The position numbers and the translations under genes are program-made. A stretch of DNA of 64,000 bases from the NCBI GenBank assembly GCA_000004985.1, contig GG738881.1; one strand, 5' to 3'. Shown here one piece after another: positions 45,801-56,071 of the stretch; position 1 is the stretch's first letter, and every line of letters starts with the position of its first letter. The notes beneath the pieces are model-generated. The model ran no database searches and was not told the origin of the DNA. It saw only the letters and a program-made list of their open reading frames with translations. Source of the DNA: Naegleria gruberi (Eukaryota).

Positions 45801-47853
45801 TAGCTTTTCTGTCTTGTCTATAACGTTGAAGATCTTCAATGGCGTCCTTAAACATTTGAATCATTACAATTACAATAAGTGGAATAATGGAGGTAGCTGG
45901 TGATACTGGAGAAATATCAGGAAGTAATACTGCAATAACTGATATTAAAAAATAAATATTGGTAACCTTTTTGAATTGTTCAAAAAGGTTTTTTGGAATA
46001 AAGGTTAACAAAGTATACTTTGTTGTTCTGACATAGTTTGTAGGCCATGACTTTCTATTATTTTTGTTTTCTTCTCGGTTGTTTACATAAATTCTCTCAA
46101 ATTGCTTTTTAGAATCTTCAGTTTTGGTGGTAGTTTCAGTTATTGTTGGAGGTGCTGTGACAACAGATTCGTCCTCGTCATCACTAAATCCCTCTTCTTC
46201 TGCTTTTCGCAATTGTTTAACAATATTCTTATTAACAATATCTTTTACAGGTTTCATGCTCAAATAATCATTGACATTGTACGAGTCGACTTGTCTTGGC
46301 CTTTCTTTGGAATTTTCAATCATGGCCATATCAGTTTTCTTAACCACAAAATCATCCTCAGCTTCTTGAGCATCTTCAACATAGAGTGATTCCTCTCTGA
46401 TGTGATTAACATATCTTGGTTTTCGTTTTGGAGGCTCCATTACAGATGGTAAATCGATACTTGAACCTGGTAAGCTCATTGGTGAGGAATAAACAACTGG
46501 TTGTGGAACAATTCCAGTTTCAAAAACTGAATCTGTAGTATTGATTTTCAAAGGACTTCGTTTTTCAACAAGTGGAGACTCGTGGAGTTCCAAAGTCTTC
46601 TTGGAATTGCCTTTTCTAAATGTCTTTTTCTTTGCAGCTTTTAATTCTCTATCTTCCTCATCACTACTGCTAAATCCAAGTTCCTTGGATGTCATGTGAA
46701 GAGGTGTCTTTGACTCCTTTCCATTGCTATCCAAATTAGAAACTCCTTCAATTTCTGTGACATGAATATTCTTATTGTCAGAAGAAACGATAATTTTGCT
46801 TTGTTTGAGACGACCAATTTGAGAAGTAACTTCCACATCTTCATCTTTAGAAAAGTAACGAGAAGGAATCCTCTTCCATCTTTCGGAAAGTAGTGAAGGA
46901 TCATTTCCATAAATTAATGCCATATCATCCTGAGTCTTGCTGTTGTAAATAGATCCAACTCTACTGTTTCTTCTATTATAGGATTTTCTCCAAGCTTCAA
47001 GCAATTGATCATCATCAAACTTGAAATTTGATTGACCACTTCTCGATGTTGTAGTGGTTGTTGTTGTGGTAAAGGTAGAAGTTTCGTCGGTATTTGTATC
47101 TACTCTGAATACAGGAGGATAAATAGGAATGTGATTGTTGGTGGTATTGTTATTTGTACTGTTTGTGTTAATAATAGTAGAAGGCTGTTTAGTTGATGTT
47201 TTCTCAACAGAAGATACCAAATTTAAGTTTGGTGAAGCAATCTTTTCTTCATCTGTAATAATTCTACTAATTCTGTGCAGTTGACTATTGTCTAAACTCA
47301 CTCTGTTTAATTGTTTCGATGGAGTCAATGAAGCAGAGGGTGGATTCGCACTTGATTGCTTTCTTGGAGGAGTTGTTGATAAATTGTCTTGTCGTGGTGG
47401 AAACTGGTACGTTTCCTCTTTATATGCAAATGATGAAGAAGGAATTGAGACAACAGTGTCGTTAAATGTTATTCTGGGTGATGGATTGATAATGTGATTG
47501 GGTATTGTTGTGGAAGTAGGATTCTCAGTAGCAACTGTTATTGATGCTGCAGAGTTGTTGGTAGTAGGTACTGATGAAAGTAAATTATTATCATGATGAA
47601 TATTAGAAAAGGATGTAGTTGTTGTGGAAGGTTTGGACTGTTGATGTAATATTACATCTTGGTCCTCATCTTCATCTACTAAATTTACATTGGTTCCAAC
47701 AATAATTGATGAAGTATTATGATTATATTGTTGATTATTTACATGTTCTCCATCCATTGATTCAACTTCGATATGAATTACATCCACATCCTCAGCCACA
47801 ATATTAGAATCCTCTTGATGATGATTATTAGTATCACCACTCGTATTTAGCAT
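42835..47853 (-). CDS. P4-type ATPase (phospholipid flippase), 1672 aa, intronless, with a ~600-aa low-complexity N-terminal extension.
   Basis: P-type motifs DKTGTLTQNEM, TGDKTETAINVA and GDGVNDVAMIQAA are present. There are ten predicted TM helices. The N-terminal 600 residues are Ser/Thr/Asn-rich with no TM helices. Confidence 0.9.
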   Translation of the reverse strand: MLNTSGDTNNHHQEDSNIVAEDVDVIHIEVESMDGEHVNNQQYNHNTSSIIVGTNVNLVDEDEDQDVILHQQSKPSTTTTSFSNIHHDNNLLSSVPTTNNSAASITVATENPTSTTIPNHIINPSPRITFNDTVVSIPSSSFAYKEETYQFPPRQDNLSTTPPRKQSSANPPSASLTPSKQLNRVSLDNSQLHRISRIITDEEKIASPNLNLVSSVEKTSTKQPSTIINTNSTNNNTTNNHIPIYPPVFRVDTNTDETSTFTTTTTTTTSRSGQSNFKFDDDQLLEAWRKSYNRRNSRVGSIYNSKTQDDMALIYGNDPSLLSERWKRIPSRYFSKDEDVEVTSQIGRLKQSKIIVSSDNKNIHVTEIEGVSNLDSNGKESKTPLHMTSKELGFSSSDEEDRELKAAKKKTFRKGNSKKTLELHESPLVEKRSPLKINTTDSVFETGIVPQPVVYSSPMSLPGSSIDLPSVMEPPKRKPRYVNHIREESLYVEDAQEAEDDFVVKKTDMAMIENSKERPRQVDSYNVNDYLSMKPVKDIVNKNIVKQLRKAEEEGFSDDEDESVVTAPPTITETTTKTEDSKKQFERIYVNNREENKNNRKSWPTNYVRTTKYTLLTFIPKNLFEQFKKVTNIYFLISVIAVLLPDISPVSPATSIIPLIVIVMIQMFKDAIEDLQRYRQDRKANNEKCRVIRGGQVVEIRVKDVEIGEIVLVSKEETFPSDLLCIHSSREDDMCYVETANLDGETNLKTRRSLKAGKFLHDIPEHTIHKSLSDLDGQLKVELPNSNLDTFEGNIKLKAKVGDQKLTQKEAMTMDNLLLRGCVLKNTKHIYGIAIYVGNHTKILKNLKENKQKRNDLDITLNKILVFLLILQQIICAIVAAFYGLFQDNYQIKAFYLRPVSSAPASFTSVMSTWVTCFILLNLMIPMSLVVGLEIIKTFQSKMIESDKEMWHGDFKAEVKSSNMNQALSNLDVIFSDKTGTLTQNEMKYSDSWVGGLYYSEIRNPGLMKNYMTEHKPSLEEPPVSDTAGYHAYLLREFLLCLALNNNVIPERDPKNPERIVYDGPSSDEIALLEAARNNGFVLLQRTNAGVLIDEMGEKKFYDIVATIEFTSDRKRMCVIVKSPEGRYICYVKGADSVMIKRCRARKHYVTDLKLALETFSIKGLRTLVCARKEISEEEFQVWIEAYTKATLSTKNREKLLIHSAADMEIDLQLIGCTAIEDKLQENAVETITYLSKAGFQIWVLTGDKTETAINVAYSTNILHKDETIEIRIRDSCNTKHVKKKMKVALEFLERHKNKHFEYGLVIDSKSLDFALEKYEKQFLKIVQHISCAVCSRLKPLQKARIVKLIESKLKKKALAVGDGVNDVAMIQAATVGVGIKGKEGSQASRSADYALPRFKNLVRLIALHGRYCCVRNADFLLFNFYKNVMIVVPQILYCIYTGFTCTIFFESWLLTMFNTIYCFFQPIVSGVFEKDLPEEVILQHPEIYSTLKKSGTHGNLFNIRSLLFWTLDATYHSLIVFFGVLICYGYEDILENGPSDVFHFGTVVLTTTVTIITFKFALSVKSWSLPIILSIWGSYLSYFVFVVIYTPIPVFFGKGTFHFVYYHTFMSVKAILVTMLLSVVALLPDLLIKFIRFGFFPHDYQKLLIEYKHEQKLKKKQKPAIEPCENK

Positions 47854-48496
47854 ATTGATGATGATAATGAATATTAAAGAATAAATAAATTATTAAATAG
47901 TAATATATATATAAATATAATAGTTCAAAATTGATGCATCCCGTGTAAACACTTTCACAATATTCTTCTTGTTGAAATATATATTATACAAAAGAGTTTT
48001 CCAAACCCCGAAAGTAGTAGCAACAACAAATAATCGCAGCGAAATTTTTCGAGTATGTGTTCTTGAGAGTTGTTGGTTACCCTTGTTCTTCGTTCTACTT
48101 TTCTATTAATAAAAATAATATCAGAAATTTGTGTTGCTGTTGGTTTTTGGATCTTTTGCAAAACACCAAATGGAAGGACACTACAAGTCTGGTCAATACA
48201 ATTTCTTGAGTTTGTTTTGATGGCAATATAGCCGAAGAAAGTATGAAGGCTTCAATGACTGTTTGTCTTTTTATTTCGGAAAGATTTGTGTTTTTTACTG
48301 TAATATGAAGAATTCATCATCCACTACAAGAGGAAACAGTAAGTGCATGCAACACTTGAACGACAAGGACGCTAAGCAATTAATTGCTGGTGGTGGACAT
48401 TGGAGGACTACAACAAATTTACGCGATTAAACAATCGAACGAATAGGCTCTGTTGTGTTTTGTGTTACTCATTCCATTCTAGGTAATCTTGATAAT

Positions 48497-49564
48497 TCAA
48501 AGGAATTCTTTTACTTTTTCGTATGTGGCAAATACAGCTGCATTTACAATGACGGCTCTGAGAATGGCTGATTTATATCCTTGATAGAAACCTGACAATC
48601 CCATTTCATTGTAGATTCGCTTAGTCATTCCCCAACTGGAAATGAAATTTGTTTCAATTGGTTGTTTTTGAGTAGGAGCTTTGAGAATGGATTCAATCTG
48701 TATTCTGGTTTTTATCAAATCAATAGGAAACATGATTGTCCAGAATGCAAAACCACCAACTCCACCTCCAATCAAGGAATGAATGGTTTGAGGATGATTC
48801 ATTGAGGATTTCTCGAGGAAACGTAAAGTAGCTTCGTAGGCAGCAAAATAGATTGCCAATCCAGATTCTCTGAAGGTAGTAATGGCAAAACCTCTATTGA
48901 TGGATTTATAGAAACTAAGAGAGGACTGAATTTGACCGAAGAGTGAATTACTGTATTTGTAATTCGTTTGGTGTTGCCTAAAAAGGTGTTGTGTTAAATC
49001 TTTAAGACCCCTGAACCTGTGTGAAGCATCTGCTTGTAAATTACATTTGAGGAACTCTGTTGGTGTTGTCACAAATGAACCGACAATACCAGACAATGCT
49101 CCAGCAGCTGCAATTTTCCATAGGGGAAGCACTTCAACACTATTTCCTTTGAGATATTGTTTAGTTTCATTGTATACTCCAAATTCTACAGAGTTTAAAA
49201 TACATGCTCCAATTAATGGACTTGTCTATTTATCAAATTTGATCAATCCTTAATCAATTAAGAACAATGTCACTCTACTCACCCATCCTTTGTATAATCC
49301 ACCAATTCCTTTTGTTTTAACAATATTCCTAAATACTTGTGAAATTGAAAAGTGTGAATTTCCTGCTGTTGCAGTGGTTGACATGGTTTGCAATTTAACT
49401 TTGATGGTATCTAATGGATGACCAGATAACACCTGGGTAACACCACCAAAACAACCTGCAACCCATTCCTTTGTGTGGAATCTAGTACTACTTCCGGTAA
49501 CACCACCAACAGATGATGAATTGATAGTTGTTGATTCAGACATTTTATTTGAGTAATTTTCCAT
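48497..49564 (-). CDS. Mitochondrial carrier family protein (SLC25; carnitine/ornithine-carrier-like). Two exons, 49564-49283 and 49225-48497, with a 57-bp intron.
   Basis: It has three carrier repeats (PLDTIKVKLQ, PTEFLKCNLQ, PIDLIKTRIQ). The junction reads GLYKGW|TSPLIGACILNSVEFGVYN. The intron is gtgagt…aaatag. The total is 1011 nt in frame. Confidence 0.85.
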
Positions 49565-49785
49565 ATTGCAAACTCACAATTCAATCAAATTTACAAAAAT
49601 AACTTCAATCATTTTGGAAGCAATCTACTGAAATCATTTCATCCAAATTCCTTTTTCATATTGATCAATATGACAGAACATACTTTGTATTGTTGAGGAC
49701 GAAATTATTTGTTTTGATTTGTGGTTAGTTGCTTGGTGAAGAACAACATACCAACATCAAACATTTCTAAAAAAAAACAGCCAGA

Positions 49786-50421
49786 ATGAATACTGATAAT
49801 CAAGGAGAGTATTATAGGAGGAGAGTTTCTATTAAACAAAGGGATCAACTTGTAAAAAGAATACGTTCCGAATCTAGTTGTTGTCATTTCCATAGTAGAG
49901 CAACAACTAGAAAAAGAGCTTTTTACAATTTTCAAAACAATATTGAATATTATGTTAACTGCATGGACATACGTTATAATGAAGATATACACTCCCTGCT
50001 TGATGCTATCAAGCTGTTTCGAGAGTATGTTCTTACTGGGTTTCCAGTAGAGTTGTTCGAGCTGTCTGGCAAGTGGTTAAACACCACAAAGGTGGCAAGA
50101 TATTTCAACATCACTGGTCTTGATGGACAGAACTATGTAGAAGGGTTTCCAGAATTAAAATTGACTGATTTGAGAAATTTGCAGACCAATGTTTGTAATC
50201 TAATGTTGCAAGCTTTAAAAGATGGTGTGAAATTTTCATTTGGAACAATTTCTGCAAGTCTAGTCGATTTATTCCATGAGATCAAGGAGAGTTTTGAACT
50301 CTTCATGAATATTAATAATTCCTGCATGCAGGTCGATCAACTAGCCCCAAAGATATCAACTATTATGGCTCATGCAAAAAAAAGAAATTCAGAATCTTTC
50401 CATTTAAAAAGTAAGTTGTGA
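49786..50421 (+). CDS. Hypothetical protein, 211 aa. Downstream ORFs up to 51042 may be further exons.
   Basis: ORF with coding-like composition and no recognised domain. The downstream ORF 50668-51042 lies on the same strand. Confidence 0.35.
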   Translation: MNTDNQGEYYRRRVSIKQRDQLVKRIRSESSCCHFHSRATTRKRAFYNFQNNIEYYVNCMDIRYNEDIHSLLDAIKLFREYVLTGFPVELFELSGKWLNTTKVARYFNITGLDGQNYVEGFPELKLTDLRNLQTNVCNLMLQALKDGVKFSFGTISASLVDLFHEIKESFELFMNINNSCMQVDQLAPKISTIMAHAKKRNSESFHLKSKL

Positions 50422-51219
50422 TGGATTCCTTTTGATTTACCTGGGCTAATGTCATTTTTCAAGTATTGGACTTATTTTGTAATAACATTGATATTTTCAA
50501 TGGTTTACCAACTGAATATCTCAAGAATTTGATACCATACACCTTTGATGTTAATTATTTTTTTTTCGTAAAATTATGGTGGTATTGCATTAATTCATCT
50601 GAAGTCCAACAAGAAAGAATAGAATTTTTATTCAATATGAAAGCTCTTCATTGATGTATTATCACATTTGATAGAAAAAAAGAATGGTATCCAACTGGTT
50701 ATTGAAACTGAATGTTTTCCCAATTATTTTCAATCCCTTTTTGAAGGACAAATTACTTCAAGTTACGAAAGCAAATTTAATCTGATTTTAGGTAAAATAA
50801 TTGGAAAAGGAAAAAGGCAACACCTTATTAAAATACTCAATTATAGAAACAAAATGGGAGAGAGCTATATCCTTCACTACATTAGAAAGAAATCCACGAA
50901 TGAGTCTTTTCCAACGTTTAACCAGGTATTCACTAAAGCTTTTCAAGATATTCACAAATTGGATTTGGCTGATTTTGATGCACCAAAAGAAAAGCAAATT
51001 GTTGCTAGCTCGAATGAGGTTAATTGTGGTCGTTATCAATAAACAAAAATATATAAAGCTACTTGATGTATCTTCCTTTTAAATTGGACCATTTCCACAC
51101 TCCTATTCCATTGTAAAATCAAGTAATTTTCCATTCTTGAACAAGAAAGTTTGTGTTTGACGCGATTGACAAAAAATTTGGCGGTTTAAAGTTCGAAAAA
51201 ATTCAAACACACAAAAAAA

Positions 51220-52809
51220 ATGAGCAACAACAAACGCTGGATACAATATACTCCCGATAATACTTCTAGTAGATCCCTTTCATTGCCTACTAATCCCTTG
51301 CAGATTTCTGTTAATAACAGCAGGAAGGTTAAAAAAGAGCAGAAACAAACAATTTTAAATTGTTCTTCATCATCAAACAATTTTATAATGCAGCCAAGCC
51401 TCGATAAGGTTTTAATTTCCATGTTAACGTACAAGGATGGTTCGTGGAAGCCGACAACACACAAATGGGAGTATCATCCTTCCGAATGTAAAGAAGTGAT
51501 TCATTGCTGTATTGATGAGCTGGGGACAAATAATAATCAAATTGTGAAAATTGGATTTGATTTGTGGAATTTTTATGATGTGGATGTAATTGCCTTCTTT
51601 AATATTGATGGACAAGAAATGAAAAAATCATTGTGTCCAATAGTACGTGCTAATGGACAGACTTTCAGGGCAACAGCTTTTTTTGAAGAAACAGATTGGC
51701 ATTCAATTTGTATAAAACAAAGCGATTTGGCTGAAGATCCTGACGATATTGATTTTGAAAAGTTAAATTCAGCAGGAAAAATTATAGTTAAGGTCTTTAA
51801 ATTTGCATTTGAAACAGTACTATCGGATTCGAATATAGAGTATGACCAAACCAATACGAAATTGAATGGAGTGAAATGTAAATTAAATAGTGATAAGGGT
51901 GAAATATCTGTTACTAAAGGAGAGAAAATTGAAAATGCCAATGTAACAGTACGAGGATATCCTGACTGTTCACAATTATTGAAAGTTTTTGAGATTAATT
52001 ATCATACTCCAGGAAAATATCAAATGTTAACATCAAATAAGAAGTTAAATGAAAACAGGAGCATGCCAACACCTGGTGGAAATAACATGTTTAGTTTGGC
52101 AACCACAAGAACTGCTCAGCAATCCAACCCAGGTACTCCAGGCTCAGGATCTCAGGCTGGCAGTTCCACTTCACATACTCCACAACCAGTTGTTTCAGAA
52201 CAACCAACCATCACACCTCTCATCGCCACTAATACAGTCACACAAGCAACTACCTCAACCATTCCTTCTACTCCTCTCACAGTAGCTACTGCTGCAATTA
52301 CATCACCAACACTTCAAACCTCCAATAGTCCAACACCAAGCAAGGATACTCCCTCAATGAAACAGGCTACACTTGACAAACTACAACCAAAGAGAAAAGA
52401 GATTGAGGTAATTGTACTTGACTCAGATGATGAAGATGATTTGGACAATTCAGAACAATCTGGTTGTGATTCGAAAGTTATTGAACCAGAACCAAAGAAG
52501 TTAAAACCCTCAACTAGCCAAACTCAAACTGTTCCAAGTCTCTTTAAACCACTGAAAAAGGATGTATCTATGGAAGAAGTTTGTGCCAAATACAGTTTGG
52601 TGGAAGTACAAACTATGACATGTGAACAACTAGAAGAATTTATTTCCAAGGCTTTAGGATCTAAAAAATACCAATTTGATCTTAGTATTTTTGAGATGAA
52701 TGGAATTGATGGAAATGTGTACATTACAAATTTTTCAGAACTTTCAGAGATGGGACTAGAAAAAGAATTGATACAAGAAATGGAGAAAATATTAAATATT
52801 CTGAAATAA
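51220..52809 (+). CDS. SAM-domain protein, 529 aa: an N-terminal domain of unknown function, a Ser/Thr/Pro-rich linker and a C-terminal SAM domain.
   Basis: The C-terminal segment CAKYSLVEVQTMTCEQLEEFISKALGSKKYQFDLSIFEMNGIDGNVYITNFSELSEMGLEKE has the SAM-domain pattern. Confidence 0.6.
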   Translation: MSNNKRWIQYTPDNTSSRSLSLPTNPLQISVNNSRKVKKEQKQTILNCSSSSNNFIMQPSLDKVLISMLTYKDGSWKPTTHKWEYHPSECKEVIHCCIDELGTNNNQIVKIGFDLWNFYDVDVIAFFNIDGQEMKKSLCPIVRANGQTFRATAFFEETDWHSICIKQSDLAEDPDDIDFEKLNSAGKIIVKVFKFAFETVLSDSNIEYDQTNTKLNGVKCKLNSDKGEISVTKGEKIENANVTVRGYPDCSQLLKVFEINYHTPGKYQMLTSNKKLNENRSMPTPGGNNMFSLATTRTAQQSNPGTPGSGSQAGSSTSHTPQPVVSEQPTITPLIATNTVTQATTSTIPSTPLTVATAAITSPTLQTSNSPTPSKDTPSMKQATLDKLQPKRKEIEVIVLDSDDEDDLDNSEQSGCDSKVIEPEPKKLKPSTSQTQTVPSLFKPLKKDVSMEEVCAKYSLVEVQTMTCEQLEEFISKALGSKKYQFDLSIFEMNGIDGNVYITNFSELSEMGLEKELIQEMEKILNILK

Positions 52810-52890
52810 TTTCATGTTGTGGTCTAATTGGTCTAACATTATATCAAAATGATAAAAGAAAATGATCTATTCTTAAAAATTCTGAATAAT

Positions 52891-53802
52891 TTATCGTTCA
52901 TAAGTCATCATTTCATATCCATATTGTGGGAATTTAGCATCCTTTCCTACTGATCTATGAGAAATATTTCCCTGTCTTGTTTGTGGGGCAGAATATGTCT
53001 TTGTTTTAGGTTGATTAAAATCGGATGGCTTTTTGACAGTTCCTGTAGTTTGTTTTTCCCAAGCTTGATCTTGAAGCAATTCTTCTTGTGCCTTCCTTGA
53101 ATTCCAATCATTCATTTCCAAATAAACTTTAGCTTCATCGATTGTAATATTATGATTTTTGGAGAAGGTTGTAACCATCAACTGACGTTGTCTTTCAGTT
53201 TGAATTCTTGTTTCTTCCAAATCATAATTCTTTTTAATTAAACTTGGATCACATTTTGGAATGAGAAGAGTTGTTCCTTCATATAAATCCAAATCATCAC
53301 ACAATAAAGTATTCAGCATTTTGATATCCTCTTCGTGACAGTGATAACGTAATGCTAACTTCATCAATGTATCAGTGTGTCTATTCAATTGATGGACAAA
53401 ATATGGCTTTTCTTCTTCAACTGTTGTTTGTGCATTTTGTTGTTGTGGTTGTTGAGGAATTTGTTGTTGAGCAGTTGTTTGATTCTGATAATAGTACATT
53501 TGTTGTTGTTGAGGAGTAACATACATTACATTTCCATGAGCTGATACAGGATACATGACATTCGTATGTTGTGGCATGATATAAATTGGTGTAATATTGG
53601 ATTGTTGGCGTGGGCCATTCGTTAAATTAATAATAGGCTGTTGAATATATTGTGGTTGAATTGATGATGATGATGAGATTAAATACTCTGGAATGGTCGG
53701 ATACATTGAATCCGTTTGATAGTTATTATGCTCGGCAAGTGGTGGTGCGCTAGCTGGTTTGCTTCCGTGTTGATCAACATTGGTGGTTTGTACCTTGACC
53801 AT
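52891..53802 (-). CDS. LysM-domain protein with a Gln-rich N-terminus and a C-terminal helical (UBA/CUE-like?) segment, 303 aa.
   Basis: LysM segment FVHQLNRHTDTLMKLALRYHCHEEDIKMLNTLLCDDLDLYEGTTLLIP. The N-terminus is Q/N/Y-rich low complexity. Confidence 0.55.
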   Translation of the reverse strand: MVKVQTTNVDQHGSKPASAPPLAEHNNYQTDSMYPTIPEYLISSSSSIQPQYIQQPIINLTNGPRQQSNITPIYIMPQHTNVMYPVSAHGNVMYVTPQQQQMYYYQNQTTAQQQIPQQPQQQNAQTTVEEEKPYFVHQLNRHTDTLMKLALRYHCHEEDIKMLNTLLCDDLDLYEGTTLLIPKCDPSLIKKNYDLEETRIQTERQRQLMVTTFSKNHNITIDEAKVYLEMNDWNSRKAQEELLQDQAWEKQTTGTVKKPSDFNQPKTKTYSAPQTRQGNISHRSVGKDAKFPQYGYEMMTYER

Positions 53803-54158
53803 TTTTCAAAGGTTTGTTTTGTTTGTTATTTACAAGAGAGGTTTGGAGAGTTTTTTTTTATTTTTAAAATTTAAAAGTTGATGGAGAATTTAAGCTAAGT
53901 CTCAATTTGTAATGACTTCTAAATACCTTCGATTTGAAAACTCCAAATTGGAGTTGAAACAGAATGATTCCGAATGAATTTTGTTAATGTTGCTGGATTG
54001 GTGAATTTAAATTTTGAAAGATTAAAAAAAATGAAATGCATTACATGTACTTGGTGTATAAAGAGTTGTTGTTTGAAAGTAATGGTTTCGAATACAATTT
54101 AAAATTAAACGAAAGTTGCGATTGACGAAACTCAAAAAATGGAAATGGAAAGAAAAAA

Positions 54159-55778
54159 ATGTCTCAACTCAATAAGAAGAGAAAACAAGAAGATTTATCA
54201 TCCACTGATGGAAATGATGAAAATATTCAAGAAATTTTATTTAATGAAATGACATCTGTCACTGATCAATTAATTTCTCTTTGTAAAAAAGTGAAATTGG
54301 CTGATCATCGCTGTTTTTTCAATAATGGTGTAATGGTTAATGAATTTTTTGGAAAAGTTTATTCATTGCTTGAGGAGATGAATATTCATAGAAGAAAGGT
54401 TTCTTCAGATCAATTCAATTCGGATACTTTATTTCACATTTACCAATTCTTAGATTTTACAGATCTATTGCAAAACTGTCAACCTGTTTCAAAACTGTGG
54501 AAAGAATCATTAAATAGAGTCAAATTTCATGTTAGTTTGGGTTCAACAAATAGAAATGGAAAATTCAATAATGAAAATCTCATCCACTTACTAAATGGAC
54601 CATTTATCCAAAATGTTACTTCATTAAGATTGGGTAAAGCTCAACTTGATGCTTTTAAAACTCTTTCAACTTGTAAGAATTTGGATAATTTGATCAAATT
54701 GGATTTGAGATTTAATAACATGGCAAGTCAACGTGTGACATATTTAACGAAATGCTCAATGAAGAATTTGACAGAATTGAGCTTGCATGATGTGCAAAAT
54801 TTTACAGAAAATGAAGCAAAAGAGTTGTTCAATAGTACCTTCATGTCTAATGTTAAAAAATTCAACATTGTTCAAGAAAGTTATTCAGATGAATTGTTTG
54901 AAGCCATGTCAAATTCAAAGCATTTTAGTCAACTCACTCATTTAGAATTGCGGCAAATAGCTCAAGGTACTAAATCTGAACTGAAACTATTGTTGAAAGA
55001 TATGAGTAATTTGGAATATTTGGGACTTAGAAATCATAGATTGACCAATTTTTCAAATTTATTCACTAGTGGGAATTTATATAATATTACACATCTGGAT
55101 CTCAGCTATTGCAGAATGTTGAATAGTGAATTTGCGAATTTGATTGTTTCTCCAAAATTACCAAAGCTCATTAAGCTAAAAGCTCAGGACTTTAATTGGG
55201 GAAATTTGGAGTTTTTTGACAAGAAGAATGAAAACTCCCAAGTTGCTCATTGTCCTCCAAATTCACAGAGTTCCCTCACTGACTTGGATTTTCAATCTTG
55301 TTTTATTACACCATTTCCAACACTCACCCATCATTGTCCAAATTTAAACAGACTTTCACTGCGTAATTCAAGAAAATGCCCAAATAAGGAGCTATTAAGG
55401 AGTTCTTATATTACATTTTTGAGTGCTCCTTCCTTGTGTAATTTGGAATTTTTGGATATTTCTGGATTGGAATGTTTGGAATCTTTGTTTGAAATTATTT
55501 TCACATTACCATTCTATCCGAATTTGAGGGAATTGAAATGCTCACCTAGTAGAGAAGGTGGAGAAACATTGCAAGCTAATCTCATTTCAAATTGCAGTCA
55601 CCTGAAGAATTTGAGGATATTGGATGCTTATGGAGTTTTTGCATCAAACGAATGTCTGAAATCTTTGCAAACTAATCCAACTTTTTCCAATTTGAGTATT
55701 GTTGTTTTACATGGAAATTTAGACCTATTACGTTATTGGGAAAATAACAAATATGCTGAAGAGTTAGAGGAGGATTGA
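54159..55778 (+). CDS. F-box/LRR-like protein, 539 aa.
   Basis: F-box-like segment LFHIYQFLDFTDLLQNCQPVSKLWKESLN, followed by degenerate LRRs (LxxLxLxxN/C) up to the C-terminus. Confidence 0.5.
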   Translation: MSQLNKKRKQEDLSSTDGNDENIQEILFNEMTSVTDQLISLCKKVKLADHRCFFNNGVMVNEFFGKVYSLLEEMNIHRRKVSSDQFNSDTLFHIYQFLDFTDLLQNCQPVSKLWKESLNRVKFHVSLGSTNRNGKFNNENLIHLLNGPFIQNVTSLRLGKAQLDAFKTLSTCKNLDNLIKLDLRFNNMASQRVTYLTKCSMKNLTELSLHDVQNFTENEAKELFNSTFMSNVKKFNIVQESYSDELFEAMSNSKHFSQLTHLELRQIAQGTKSELKLLLKDMSNLEYLGLRNHRLTNFSNLFTSGNLYNITHLDLSYCRMLNSEFANLIVSPKLPKLIKLKAQDFNWGNLEFFDKKNENSQVAHCPPNSQSSLTDLDFQSCFITPFPTLTHHCPNLNRLSLRNSRKCPNKELLRSSYITFLSAPSLCNLEFLDISGLECLESLFEIIFTLPFYPNLRELKCSPSREGGETLQANLISNCSHLKNLRILDAYGVFASNECLKSLQTNPTFSNLSIVVLHGNLDLLRYWENNKYAEELEED

Positions 55779-55966
55779 TTTGGATGAGTAATGAAGATGA
55801 TGATGCTGAATAAAACATTCATAGGTTTGTCCATTAAGGTTTCTTTCCAACTTTTAAAACCCAAGATTACAATTTAATTTTCACTCCGTCCATCCATCAT
55901 GAAAATTAATTCTTCTGCTTTTATTAAACATCAAATCTCTCTTCCGATCCCATCATGACAGATTGT

Positions 55967-56019
55967 GTTCAACACCATCCATCATTTCATTAATTGGTTC
56001 AACACCATCCATCATTTCA
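55967..56019 (+). repeat. Tandem 23-bp direct repeat (2 copies, 30-bp spacing) in the 5' flank of the RCC1 gene.
   Basis: GTTCAACACCATCCATCATTTCA occurs at 55967-55989 and again at 55997-56019, about 50-100 bp upstream of the ATG at 56072. Confidence 0.6.
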
Positions 56020-56071
56020 ATGACAACACATCATCACATGGTTCAAATTACTTTCAAAACACATCAAAAAA

